Made by a program: the position numbers and the translations under genes
Notes under the pieces: model-generated
What the model saw: only the letters and a program-made list of their open reading frames with translations
The model's database searches: none
Told to the model about the DNA's origin: nothing
Source: Eledone cirrhosa
Lineage: Eukaryota
Assembly (NCBI GenBank): GCA_964016885.1
Contig: OZ024743.1
Coordinates: 153,450,001-153,514,000 of the forward strand
Length of the DNA: 64,000 nucleotides
Reading direction: 5' to 3'
Part shown: positions 38,840 to 52,263 of the stretch, piece after piece
How the letters are laid out: each line of letters starts with the position of its first letter
Position numbering within the stretch: the first letter of the stretch is position 1

Positions 38840-39152
38840 GTATTTGTTTTGCAAGATTTCTTATCTTAAAACATGTGTTGAATCAGATATTGTTATACTT
38901 TGGGATGGTTAAGCTGCCAATAAAAAGATACGCACCGGTTAGATGATGTAGACAAAACAGAGACACAAAATAACAACAAAAGTAGTCTATGAGGAGGTCA
39001 CAGAATGTGTGATAAAAGACTAAACAAATCAATAACTAAACAACCACCTGGTTATTAAATTAACTGACTGTTTGTTTATAATAAATTGAAGTGCAATCCA
39101 ACAGGTGCATGTCTTTTTTATTGGCAGCACAATCCTCCCAATGTATAACAAC
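38840..39152. mobile_element. pLTR relics of the Neptune-like PLE in inverted arrangement
   Basis: 38840-38936 matches 20910-21003 directly. 38945-39152 matches 20958-21155 in reverse. Confidence 0.7.
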
Positions 39153-39153
39153 T

Positions 39154-39204
<51 letters not shown>

Positions 39205-39258
39205 GGGAGGTAAGTGTGTGTTAGTCTATCTGTATGTTGGTGTTTGACGTAAAAATAT

Positions 39259-39378
39259 ATAATTGTTTCTACTTTTGGCACCAGGCCAGTAATTACCTAG
39301 TACATTACTGGTACTTCATTTTATCGACCCCGTACGGATGAAAGGCAAAGTTAACTTCGACGGGATTTGAACTCAGAC
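39259..39378 (-). mobile_element. SINE family A, partial
   Basis: Reverse complement of the family A body. Confidence 0.8.
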
Positions 39379-42300
39379 CAATGAAGTCAATATGATTAAC
39401 CCAACCCTTCAATGCAGCACTGTAGCTTAATGACTAAAATGAGTAAAAGAATAAACGAGTAAAAGAATAAAAGTTTCAGCATGTGACAAATGGAAGTCTG
39501 ACTTTCTGAAGATCTGCTAAATGGCTTACATATGAAAGTTCACATTTAGTGTTTCCTGTGAAAACTTCATCTAAATACCTGACCTAATCAATCTACACTT
39601 TCCCCTCTCAGTAGCTATGATCACCATCATTGTACACTCTCACCACATTCCACTATCACTATTTTGTAGATTTCTCACCATCACTGCACACCCCACTCTT
39701 TCTGCCATTAGCATCACCCCACCCTTTTATTACTTTACCCAGGAACAGCTCCTTTCAAAATAATGACACACCAGTTGTCACCACATTACCTACCATGCTA
39801 CTGAAAGTCAATGCTTCCCCACCTGCTCATTACCTTGTGAAATGAAACCACTTTGCTACATGTTTTACACCTGCCACACATCCTATTCCCCGCTTCTGTA
39901 GGATACCAAGGGATTTTCAGTTGAGTCAATGACTAAAAATCTCACTATTGTTTGTACCAGAAAAATGTACCCAGATGCATCTAGTACAGCCTGTAAGGTG
40001 GATGGTGATATAAAACACATCATTCTATAGAAACCATATAAACAAAAGTGTCAGGAGATCTCTTCAGTTGTGTCAACAAAAGCTTTCCTACATGATAAAT
40101 GCACACCAAACAAAGTGGCTGGTAATAGGAATGGCATCCAGTCTTAGAAAACCTGCCCTGAAAGGGTTGGAAGAAATCTTCAGCTGTGTCAAAGACATAA
40201 CAACCTCCTTAGTACTGGTGCTCTAAGAGACTACATTTGGTGCCCGTCTTTCGCATTTGGTGGCTGTTGTGGTCTGGTTTAACACGCTGAGTTTGGCAAA
40301 GCCTGTGTTCAGTTTGCCAAATTTGATGGATGAGTCATGGGTTGATCTAGCAGGAGTCATGAGTGCATGTTAGCGTTTGGTTTAGGTTGTTTGCAAAGTG
40401 TTTTCTGGAATGATTTGAGCAATAATTGCATTATTTACATATATAAAGAGGCATGGAGCATTTGGTAGAGTCCATGAATATATGTAAGCAAGTTGCAGAG
40501 TCCTCACCGATCTGAGAGATGAGTAGTCCTGCTTGATTACTGGCTCAGTCTGTGATAATCCATCCAATTTTTGTGAAAATGGATATTAACTGCTGATGAT
40601 CTCAGGTCACTTTAGCCTTTCATCCTATAAAATTTAAAGAATGAAGTACCAATATAGAGTAGTGGATGGGCAAAATTGTGAGAACATCAAATCATAGTCT
40701 ATCCTATTAAAAAAATGTAGTCTCAGTCCCTGATATATACAAATATAGGATGATCATAGTTAGAAGTTCATTGATCATAGGTTTGCTTAATCAACAACAT
40801 GTAAAGAGAGCAGTTAATAACAATAACGCAAACTCAGTACTGGAGCTCTGAACTAGTAGTGATTTGATGATATGCTCTGATTCTTTGCTTTCTGGGTTTA
40901 AATTCTGCCTGGAGTAGTTAAACACTCCTCTGCTGGGATACCATGTCTAGCCTTACATTGGCCAACATTGACAAGTAGGCCTATAACCAACACAGAGAAG
41001 TGGAAATAGCATGCTGGATCAAAAATGGCTGCATGGATACAAATACCGCAAGATAGTAACTTAATGAATACTTAAAATATTTCATTCAATAAATTATTGA
41101 CTTTTTGCTGATGTTCTACTTATTCAAATATATGCTACCTAATATTTGTATAAGCTTTATATTAGACCTTTGTTACCACTAAATATATTTTCTCATAGTT
41201 CACTATTATATTTTTTCTATTTTCAGAGAGCAATAAAAATTCTTGGTTATAAAATATTGATAAATTTCCTTTTTAAATATCAATAATTCTAGTTAAGATG
41301 TGATAAAATCATCTACTTTAGATTTAGAAATATGAATTATTAAAGGACATTAGAGTGTCACCACAGAAAATATCAAACCTATGATATACAGTCCCTTATT
41401 ACACAAAATGATTCAATATATAAACATAAATATAAGATTTAAATATATTTTCCAGAATTGTGTTTACTGCTAACATACTTCCATGACATCATTTATCTAG
41501 CTGTACAATAGGAGGATCTTATAAAAGTATATAAAGAAGTAAATTCTGAGCTATTTTTGTATAGTTATTTATTCAAATAAGCAACATTTGGAGTGAATTA
41601 TCTTTGATGGGATTGAGTATTGATCTTAGAAAATTCCATGCAGTATCAAATAATTCATTGAGGAAAGCCATTTATAGACAACCCTTCTATTGCAGTGCTG
41701 ATTTTTATTTTTTATCTTTTCAGGTAATTGGCTTGGAGACAGGCATCCTGGTGCAAGTCAAGCATTTCTTTTTATTGAACTAGTAAATTCTGATCAAGTT
41801 TATGTGACATTGCTAATGATTTAGCTACATGCCCACATGCAAATATACACACTCATCAAGCAATGCATATCTATACATGCACATACATCTACATGTGTGT
41901 GTATGCATATATATATATATATTCAGGAAAATACTGTGACACACACATAGATAAACTAATCATAAACATATGATCAGAATTGCAGTTACATGTGCAAATG
42001 TAAACAGGTATGCATATATGCACATAGATACATAGATATATATTAGTTTTGCTTGTTTATTCTTTTAGTATTTAGAAAGCAACACTGATGTACAAATATT
42101 TTCAACAATTTCCTATGCTGAAAGCTAAGCAATATTCAATGGAAGTATGCATTAGATTGCTATACATGGAGCCTCCAGCATGCAACAAGCAATCAAAAGA
42201 CCTAAAATGCTCATGAAGACACAAACAAGACTGACTTATTTGGATACCTCTAAAAAAATGTCGATTTTAATGAATCAGGAGGAATAATTTGGACAATCTC

Positions 42301-43898
42301 TCAGATTTGCTTTAAGTGTATCAACAAAATTCTCTTATCGATAATTACATATATTTGGATAAACAGAAATAATGAAATAAATTTTCAGCTTTGTTAGCAT
42401 TTCAGATTTGTTAATTCACCAAGTAATAAGAATAAAAGATATGAATTTTACTTTCTTATTCTGTAAAATATGACAAAATATCTGTTTTCTAAATGTTATC
42501 TAGATTTTAAAGGGTTTCCTCAAGTATAAGTACTTCACATAACAATCCTAATCATTAAGCCTATATATTTATAGAATTCAAGTTTACCAATATATATTTA
42601 CAATATTGACAATTTTGTCACATATATAATCGTATTTGAAATATATCTATGTTTCAAAAGATAATCTTGTAAACAAGTCATCTTCATAGGTTATTCATAT
42701 TATTATAAACAAGTTAAGCCATGGTAGAATTTAACTCTTTTCTGAAATATATGAGAACATCAGGCAGTAAATCTATTAAAGAAGAATTACTCATATCGTA
42801 ATTTTGTTTTTGAATTTCTCAGCAGTATAAAACAAAGTTATAGAATTTATAAATAAATTGTAGTATGTAGAAAGAATAGTGTGTATTTTAGAAACATCAT
42901 CTCAGGAAAAGATATTAGAGTTGAAGTCATGATGCTGGGGTTAAAAACCTCACTTTGCAGTTATGTTGAAAAACACTTCTCAGTAAATCTGGTTAGACAG
43001 AAGCTACATGGCAGCCTGTAGGATGGACAGAGTTTATTCTTGGTTGGTAGACATAATACCTTCTATTTCAGCCTGACAATTGACTACTTTGTTGCAATCA
43101 GTTAGGTCAGTCCTAAATCTATATGTCATTAACTACCCATGGACATCGTGGTCAAAATTCTTTGTTGGTGATCTGAAGCAGGTTTCAATCACTACGTCTT
43201 CTTCTTAAGGGTAAATGTATGAATCGTTTTCAGTGATCACATCATCATCATCACCAACACCCTGCAGCATTGAGACCTGCATTTACATTATATATAATTA
43301 TCATGTATGGCCACCATCTCACACCATAATATTTTCTCATTAGCCAGCATTTTCTTTATTCAATATAGAAAATATTAAAGAACAAACATATTTGTTGCTT
43401 TCAAACTTATGACAAATTCCTACAAAAGTATTCTCACTAAGCACCTACAAATAAATGCTTCCATGCATCTTTATTTGAATAGCTTGCAGTAACCATTGAC
43501 TGAAATATACCTCCTATATTATTTGAATGTATTTGTGTGTGTGTATTTGTACATACATACATATATATATATAATACTTGAGCTAAGGTAAGGAAGGGGC
43601 CTGTATGTGGTGTGTTTATTGAAACTGTGAGAAATAGCAACCATATTTCTCTCAAATTATAACAATTATTTTCAAAAAGTAAAGTACATATTCAATACTG
43701 CATGGCATTATCTAATGTGTTGCAGCTATGATCTCATGAGATGGTCATGGCTAGAACACCTTTATTTATAACACTGTTCAGTCAGAGTTGTATATGAATA
43801 AAACAATGTATAAGACTGGTGTGACTTTGGACCAATGCTACTTGGTTATAATCCACATTTACATAAATTAACATTTCCCATAACTTAATAACTAGTCC

Positions 43899-43915
43899 AA
43901 GAAGAAGAAAAAGAA

Positions 43916-43946
<31 letters not shown>

Positions 43947-43967
43947 AAGAAGAAGAAGAAGAAGAAG

Positions 43968-43999
<32 letters not shown>

Positions 44000-44005
44000 G
44001 AAGAA
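43899..44005. repeat. (GAA)n microsatellite
   Basis: Seen directly. Confidence 0.97.
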
Positions 44006-44221
44006 GTGTGCAGTGATATTAAATTATAATTTCAGTTCGATTAGAAAACAAATATATTAATATTCAACATATAAAAACATATTTTTTGCATAATTTTAAT
44101 TTTGTAAAATTAATACATATGGAATATGGAAGTTTCCATACAAAATTGAATCATAAGCTTCATATTGTATGTTTGGTACAGAAATATTAAACTGTACACT
44201 GTAGAAAAGAATCATTTTAAA

Positions 44222-45032
44222 GGTATGCTAGCTACAAAAGGTTTTCCCATCAAAATGAAAGACAAACTGTATGATGCATGCATACAAACAATGCTGGTAC
44301 ATGGTAGTGAGACCTGGGTGCTGGGTGCAGAAGACTTGCAAAGATTGAAAAGAAATGAAGCTTGCATGCTCTGATGGATGTGTAATAGTAATATATGTGA
44401 ATGGCAAAGCATAAACAAACTGAAAGAGAAACTAGGCATAAAGGAATCAGATACAGTATGCAGGGAAGAAGATTACATTGGTGTTTGACATGTGATGCAT
44501 AACAAGAATGACAGCTGTATAAAAAGGTACGGAGCATTGAAATTGATGGAAGCCTTGGAGTGGAGAAACCCAGGAAGACTTGGGATGAGATGATAAAAGC
44601 TGACCTTGCTCAATGTTCTCCTCTCACAGATGATGAAACAGGACCGAGATCTCTGGTGTTAGGCAATAATACAGAAAACCTGCCTTCTCTTGGGCACAGG
44701 CTGAACCTGAAACATACATATAGTATGCACTACCACCACCTCAACCCCACTCCACTCTTCAATACATCTCCCATGAGGACTGACTGAAGCATACATCTAG
44801 TGAAACCTTCAGCCCACACTGTGAAGTGGTCGTGTAGGTGCCATGACAAAAAGCACTCAGTACTCACTGTAAATGTGGTTGGCATTAGGAAGGGCATCCA
44901 GCTGTAGAAACCAAGCCAATCTCAGTTCTGTATGAGCCAGACATGGTCACCTGACCTGGTATTTCTCACAACAGGACAACTATTTTTCCATGCTAGCATG
45001 GAAAAATGAATGTTAAATGGTGATGATGATGA
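44222..45032 (+). mobile_element. RTE LINE 3' fragment
   Basis: LATKGFPIKMKDKLYDACIQTMLVHGSETW and KPRKTWDEMIKADL, followed by the 3' UTR and a (GAT)n tail. Confidence 0.9.
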
Positions 45033-46499
45033 CAAACTGTTGTATACATTTGAGTCAACTCAATTTGAGTAGGCCTATGATTAGAAGTGTTCCAAACACT
45101 TTTTTGAGGAATCTAGTACAACATTATCAAGAATGTTCTTTCTTTACTTTTCTTTCATGGAACTCCATTTCTAATTTCAACAGGCCAAGCAACTATGTAT
45201 ATGGTTCCTATTTTGGTTCATGTATTTTGCTTGTTTTAAGGCCAAGAATGATTTGAGAGAGATTTGGTTGTTTTTTCTAGCAGGCTATTTGACCACATAT
45301 AGACTTCCTCGATGGTTTAATATTTTATGAAATTTCTGATATATTTTATTGGTAGTGAATTTATAGTAGATTTCATACAAAGTCATTCAATGGTGCATAG
45401 AGCTGATGCAAGTTTTAGACAAAGACAATTATTTATGCTGACATTTATTCAATTCAACAATTCCTGTATAAGATATTTTACTTCCAGATTTGAAAAATTT
45501 ACGTGCATTATATTCAAATGACAAAAACGAAAACCCTCCCAAAACAACAAAAAGTAACAACAAAGTAAATAAAATAAATAGAAATAACAAAGCCGTCTCC
45601 CATTGTGCACCTCCTCCCTCATTAACAAAACACATATAGACAGAAACCTAGTTGTAAAGAAATAAACAAAGGTATTGATCAATAGGAATCAAAATATGTC
45701 TGTTTGTTTAATATTGCTGATAATTTTGGCAAAATACTTTATTCTCCAAAGAGACACCACTTTACATATACGTGTGTATGTGTGTATTGGGTAAAAAAAT
45801 AAAGAACAGAAATTACCATAACTAACATGACTAGTAATGCTATTACAATTATTACTTCAGCTATTGTTGCCATTTCTATCACTTCTAGCTTTTCAACTTC
45901 TCAGAAGGTGTACTACAGTGTTTTTCAATGAAATCATACATTCTAGCAGAGGTTTATTGCAGTAGATCATGAAGTTTGCCAAGTATCTCACCATTTATCT
46001 GTGTATACATGATATAATTGCAAGTATTTACCATTGTTGCAGCCATATTGATTTAATCTTGAAGAAATTGTGGTTTACTTCTAAATTAAGCCTAATGCAA
46101 TCAACATCTGCCACTAAAATACAGAACACAACATCATAGCTATATAAGGTAAAAGCATAATATTAAATTGCAACAAAGTTGTTTTGAAAACAATTACAAT
46201 ATTTTCATAATTTATACAATATATGGAATATTCTCATTGGTTAGAGTCTGTCAGTTAATATCTGTGTAATAGAGACGTATCCTCACCATTTCAGTTCTTT
46301 CTGGTTTCAGTTTCTGGTTTCACCATTTCAGTTTTTCATTAAATACTGCACTAAATTCTGCAGAATATTCTTACCACGTTGGAGACACAAATATTTATCA
46401 TTTTCTTTTTAAGTACAGTATACCTATTCAGAAAACTAGTTGGAAAATCTTTTCAAAATATAATTTATAACAGCAAGATTTAAGTTGATAAATGTAACA

Positions 46500-47815
46500 G
46501 TTAAAGAAGACCATTCAGCTCAGTAAGCACTGGTGATGAATTCAACCATCCAATAAAAAGAAAAGAAGTATTACATAAATATTGGAGATATCTAGGGATT
46601 AATGAAGCTAAACAAATGTAACAAACCTACAACAAATAAGAGTTCTAGTAGAAAGTTACATCTTCAATGTGATAAATCGGATGTTGCAAACGATACAAAA
46701 GTTAGAGATGGAAAAAAAAAACGAAGACCCACAAATACAATTCAAATTTATCCTTAAAAAAAGCCGATAAAAATTACATTTATATCTTTAGGGAAATTTA
46801 AAGAAAAGGCTTCAAACAAATAGCGATGGTTTAGTAAAGCTTCTCTAATTTAACTAAACACTTAGCTACAGAAAAAGCATGGGGCCTTTTTACAAGCAGT
46901 TGCAAAATATGTCAAAACGTAAAGCATGAAGATATTTAGTAGAAAATGGTAGTCTAACTACATCTATTTAGAATCTATTAATATACAACCTTAAACTATA
47001 TGGTTAGAAGGGTTTGATCCAACAGTGCAGATCATTTCTAATATAGCTTTCCCTCCTTTTGTGCAATAAATGTACGTTAGTTTCCTCCTTACCAGATTCT
47101 GAATATATTCTTTGGTCAAGGAAATACAATTCTTTTGAATATAGTGTAATCATTGATCTGTTTCAGTTTTTACTATCGTTTTGTCTAAACATTCAATAAT
47201 AGATGCTACATTGGTGAATGGTGCCTGTGTTTGTGTGTTAGTGTCAAAATGTGTGTGGATTTGTACATTATACCACCTACTGCGATGGGGGTCCTGGTGT
47301 TATTGAGTTCACTGTTTGTAAAATAATCTAAAAGGAAAATAATTGTATACAGTAAAACTAAGTAAACTTCTAATCTCAAGTTGGACAATGTAGTTATCGA
47401 AAAGAAAGTGTGCCTGGTGATTGATGTAGCACTCCCATTCGTTATCAGATTAAAAAATAAAAGGTGAAAGAAAAAGTAGAAATTCTAAAGCACTGGAAAA
47501 CGAAATTGACAGGGTCACAATTTTTCTGATTTGTCTTTGGAGTCTTGGGGACCATGACACAAATTTTGAAAGTAATCGTAGGAAAGCTAGACCTTAATCT
47601 GGATGTGGATGCAGTGCAAAAAGCTTGTTTAAATGGATTACTAAAAATTGTCTGGAAAGTCTTTCACACAAAATGTGGACAGTGAAAAACAGCGTAGAAG
47701 AACTTTAACATAAGAAAGGTAAAGTATTTTTCAGATTCTTGTCAATGGGTTGTGGTTCATTAGGCTGTGAACTTATACCGGTAACAACATCAGCACTGTG
47801 TAACAATAACAACAA
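46500..47815 (+). mobile_element. Very old R4/Dong-like (RLE) non-LTR fragment
   Basis: Remnants RYLGINEA (~46585), KLDNVVIEKKVCLVIDVALP, KALENEI, VFGVLG and VQKACLNG (47375-47660), parallel to 58890-59190. Ends near an (AAC)n-like tail. Confidence 0.65.
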
Positions 47816-48329
47816 ACATAATGGTTTCTCATTTAGGCACAAGGCCAACAATTTTGGGAGAAGGGAAATTCAATTAAATCGACCCTAGTGCATCACTGGT
47901 AGGTTATATCGGTCACAGTAATTGACTCGTAGATTATTTTATCGACCTTGGAAGAATGAATGGCAAGACTGACTTCAAATGAAGGATAACTTTGAACTTG
48001 GAACAAAGAAATATTAAAAACTTTGCAAATCCACTACCTTAACAACAACAACAGCAACATCAATAATAACTCTTTGGTTTTGTGAAAATTCCTGTCTTTG
48101 GCATCATAAAAAATAATCGCTCTGACAAATTTGATATTTTATCATTGTATAATTTTAATTATTATACAATTAATTACATTAAATGACAGTCATTGTTTTT
48201 ATCTTTTAATACTTTTAATGATATTAGTTAATTTTAGGGTGGCCTTTATGCATATGAAATCTGTTTCACTCTATCACATCTACATTTTGATATATAATTA
48301 TATTTACAGAATAATTGTAATTTATTAAT

Positions 48330-50070
48330 GTAATTACTACAATTAATCACTTTTAAAATAACAATATACTTAGAAAAGACTTACCACAAAATTGTTGCAG
48401 CATTGATGTCACTATCAAGCATGGAGTTCAAGAAGAGGGAAGCCAGCAAACATATGCCATAATGTGGAGATCGGCTCACCCTTGGTACCTTGTTTCAACA
48501 ATAGTAATCACTTGATGAAATCTTTCACCATGCTCATCACTGATCTTGCTAAAATCCAAAGGAAAGAAATCAAAGTGACTCTTTGAAAAGTGAATCTTAA
48601 AGGACATTTTGACACTATGCATCGAATGAATCCAGAAGGTCAGCTATGATTGCTTTGTAATTTGAGCTTCAATTCTTCCCTAGAAAGTGTTTAACTGTCT
48701 TTAACACAGCATCAATAGTTTGTCATTCAACTTCATTCAATGAATCTCTGAACATCTGTTTCTTCATCAATTTGCGAGTGTCTGGTTCAACGCAAATGCC
48801 TTCTTTAAAACTTTGCTTCACTTAATCAAGGAAAGATATCTTTCAATAACTTTATTGGTTGTCCTCAGGGTCCTGAGACTTCAGAAATCTTTTGAAGATT
48901 CAAAGTTTAGTATGTAGAGGTGGCAACATAATTAGATCAGGTGAAACTATTGGTATTTACTGAACAATTTTATTCCCTGATCTCCATTCATGATGTACTG
49001 GCCAATCCTGTTGACTGTAGGCCCAAGAAACAGCAAAACATAATGTAGTGCTTTTGCATTTCAGTTAAAACGCCTATTATCTTCAAGACACTCTCAACGT
49101 TTCATTTGAAATCATCATACTTGATCAAGGAATGTAACATCTTGATAGTGTTGTATGACCCTTTTGTCTTTCTGAAATAACCCACTGGCATCCATGGTTA
49201 CTCATCCGCAACATGTAAAAGGACTGCATTTAAGCTGGAAACATTTCCATCAATGAATAATCACCAATCTGTCTTGACATCAGAGGAAATTCTAAGTGCC
49301 ATCATCATACCAGTAATGTTCTTTAAACCAAACCCAGTTCATCATGTGTGTCAAAACATTCAACAAAAATCTTCTCTTGGTGCCTGCATGCTGTTGTTTT
49401 GGTTCCATGGGCCAAGACACCAAATTCTTTGGGCATTGTTGCAGCCTCATAGGCATCATTATTCTTAGAAAGTTCCAACTTTCAAACAAAATGATCCAGT
49501 TGTTCTTAACTTCTTTTAGGTCATGAATAAGAAATATCAAAATCCTTATCATCCTTTTGGTCGTCACATCCAGTTTCAGTATCAGAATCATTGCCTGACT
49601 CAGTCAATGATTGATTGCTTGGCACAGGAGGAATTTCATCTTTATATGGCTGTGTTTTTATTGCAGATGGCAAATTAGGATACTCAATATACTTTACAGT
49701 TTTCTTATTGAACCCCTCAACATTAGTAATGCTAAAGTAGCAATCAGTAAAATGATTGCTTTGTTCTTGCCATATAAATGGTGTTTGCTTCAGCTTGCCA
49801 CTGGACTACATGAAAGCCGATCACTGCAACTGTTACATACAATATTTGGAACGAAACATGTATCATAAAAGACAAAGAGGAACATTACATCTACTGCATA
49901 TTACATTACATTTCTGTAAATTTGGTATATAAATGGTATCTTGTACATCAGAGTTGTTTAGATGTGATGGAGAAAAACGAACTTTATATTCAGAGAAAAC
50001 ACCCTAAAATCAGCTAAAATCGCCCTAATTATCTTTTTATAAAGAAACCTTTTTCATTTTATATGCAGTG
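48330..50070 (-). mobile_element. Decayed DNA transposon, probably Chapaev3 (CMC superfamily)
   Basis: Reverse-strand remnants: PFIWQEQSNHFTDCYF..GFNKK..YPNLPSAI, LPPLHTKL, KEGICVEP and SDEHGERFHQ..RYQG..MAYVCW. The terminus is ...CAGTG at 50066-50070. Superfamily assignment is from memory. Confidence 0.7.
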
Positions 50071-50569
50071 TTATCCTTATCATATTTTATGCCAGTAGTT
50101 TAATAGTACCTTATATACAATTGTTTTAGTGATAGTTTTTCATTTTTGCTGATTGATAATAACTACCCCCCAAAAATATCTAGTTAATTTCCAAGTCCTA
50201 GAGAATTTAACATAGAACTGTTCATGACTAAACACTTGTGAAAAGTAAATCCCCATATTATTAAATATGTCACCATGTGTGCTATTTATTGTCATTGAAT
50301 AAGCAAATCTGATAGGGAACTTAGTTCTTTGTAAATAGTTCAGTTTAGCAGATGATAGTTAATTTCACTAATGCACATTGCCAATCTAAAAAAACATATC
50401 AGTAAAAAAAAACAATAAACTAAGTCTTCATTTTCCTTCACCTTATCATAATCACCACTGACACCAGCTGTAGTTCTACATATATCATATATGTGTGGAT
50501 ATACAGTAAGTAAATTACCTTCACTTTCTTTTCCCTTGAACCAGCACTATTACTTTTTCCATTAAACCG

Positions 50570-50620
50570 TTCTCTCTCTCTCTCTCTTTCTCTTTCCCTC
50601 TTTCTCTCAATCTCTCTCAC

Positions 50621-50706
<86 letters not shown>
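50570..50706. repeat. (CT)n microsatellite
   Basis: Seen directly. Confidence 0.97.
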
Positions 50707-51299
50707 CTTCCTTCATCCCTGTCACATACATGCCAGCATAATAATTATATCGCTAATAATAATGATTTCTTTTCTAATTCATGTACAAGACCAGCAAAGG
50801 AAAGCCAATTATATCAAACCCGTTAGTTTACTGGTACTGCATTTTATCAACACTGGAAGCAAAGATGATCTCATAAATCTTGGGAAGTAAACTCAGAACA
50901 AAGTTACACAACTAAATCCAACACTCTGCAGATTCTGCCAATTCACTGTTTAATATAATAATAAAGTCTGCAGCCTGCCTATGTGGTTATGAAGTTTACT
51001 TGGCAACAATATGGCTCCAAGTGTGTTCCTATCATTCAGTACTTTGTGCAATTGTTTCTTAACATAGTTTCACATTAACTTTTGACTGGAATAGAATCAA
51101 CAGAAACTTGTGAGATGAAATACAACTGTAATTGAAATTGGTAGCCACTCGGGCCCATTGAACGGCTTTCGTCCCCTCGTGTCTGAGAGCACGCACCCTA
51201 GCTCTGACAACGCAGCTTTCGTGCTTTGTATTGAATAATTGTTCAAGGGCCAATTTCGCCGCAAGTACGTCGGCCGCGATGCCTTGTCTAATTTTCTAA

Positions 51300-52229
51300 C
51301 TAGTTCTCCCTCTGCTTTATTTTCTCTATTGCTAAAGCCTTACTAAACCTAATGGACTCTATTCTAATCGCTCTTTCCAGAGCAAACCACCACTTGTTAT
51401 TGATGATGGCCCCCGTCAACGCCCACTTAACTAGTTCGCTAATCCGGTCTCTGTATGCCTTGCGCGCTGGTAAAGACGCGTTTAGCTTCCAGTAGCCCGG
51501 TCCTCGTCTATGAACCCTATCTAAGTCAAGCACACACATCACGAATTTGTAGTCCGTGTAGCTGACTATCTTGAATTGTGGACAGCCCATGCTAGACCTA
51601 TCTATTTCCCTACAAAATACTCTATCTAGATATGATCTGGATGACCCTATGCGATTTGTCCAAGTCCACATTGGCATATTCGGGAAATCCAATCGGTACC
51701 TGTCAGACAGTTCAAAACGCCTGAGCAGGTTGGTGAGGCTCTTGCACCCTCCTCCCCTATCCGCTAATCCAACACAGTCCCAGCGTGCATCTAAGATCCC
51801 GTTCCAGTCGCCCACTAACACTAAAGAGCGGGATGTTCCAAGAAAGGTCTCCAGACGCCGGAAGAAATCAGGCCGCCCTGCTCCTGTCGGGGCATAGACG
51901 GCCACTAGCCTGAAAGCTTCCCCGTCTCCGCTGGTCACGTCCAGCACCACCAACTTACCTTCTGGGTCCAGGAAGATGGCCCGTATGGCGAGATCCAAAC
52001 CTCTCCGAAAAAGCACAGCAACTCCACCCCCCGATCCCGGACGGCTGGGAGATGCATACACATCGTAGCCGCCGAAGATCGGTGCGACGGCCCGTGCTTC
52101 GGAGATTCTGGTCTCGCCGATGGCCACTACATCTATTTTTAGTGACCTAAGATCGTTGAGCAGGTGGCTCTGCTTCCATGACGACCCCAAGCCACGCGCA
52201 TTTATGCTGCCTATTCTGAGTGAGGTCAT
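51300..52229 (-). CDS. Tx1-type ORF2 N-terminus: apurinic-like (APE) endonuclease, truncated
   Basis: SINARGL, GETR, GGGVAVL, VYAP, VGDWN, TW..SYLDR, TDY (SDH-like) and GPGYWKLN. Confidence 0.88.
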   Translation of the reverse strand: MTSLRIGSINARGLGSSWKQSHLLNDLRSLKIDVVAIGETRISEARAVAPIFGGYDVYASPSRPGSGGGVAVLFRRGLDLAIRAIFLDPEGKLVVLDVTSGDGEAFRLVAVYAPTGAGRPDFFRRLETFLGTSRSLVLVGDWNGILDARWDCVGLADRGGGCKSLTNLLRRFELSDRYRLDFPNMPMWTWTNRIGSSRSYLDRVFCREIDRSSMGCPQFKIVSYTDYKFVMCVLDLDRVHRRGPGYWKLNASLPARKAYRDRISELVKWALTGAIINNKWWFALERAIRIESIRFSKALAIEKIKQREN

Positions 52230-52263
52230 GTTGAAATAGAGTGGAAAAGATGGGAAAGACCAC

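Noticed and set aside
41701-41782. Strong splice-acceptor-like tract followed by a short frame (NWLGDRHPGASQAFLLLN*)
   Set aside because: No donor or homology evidence; such sites arise by chance in AT-rich DNA.
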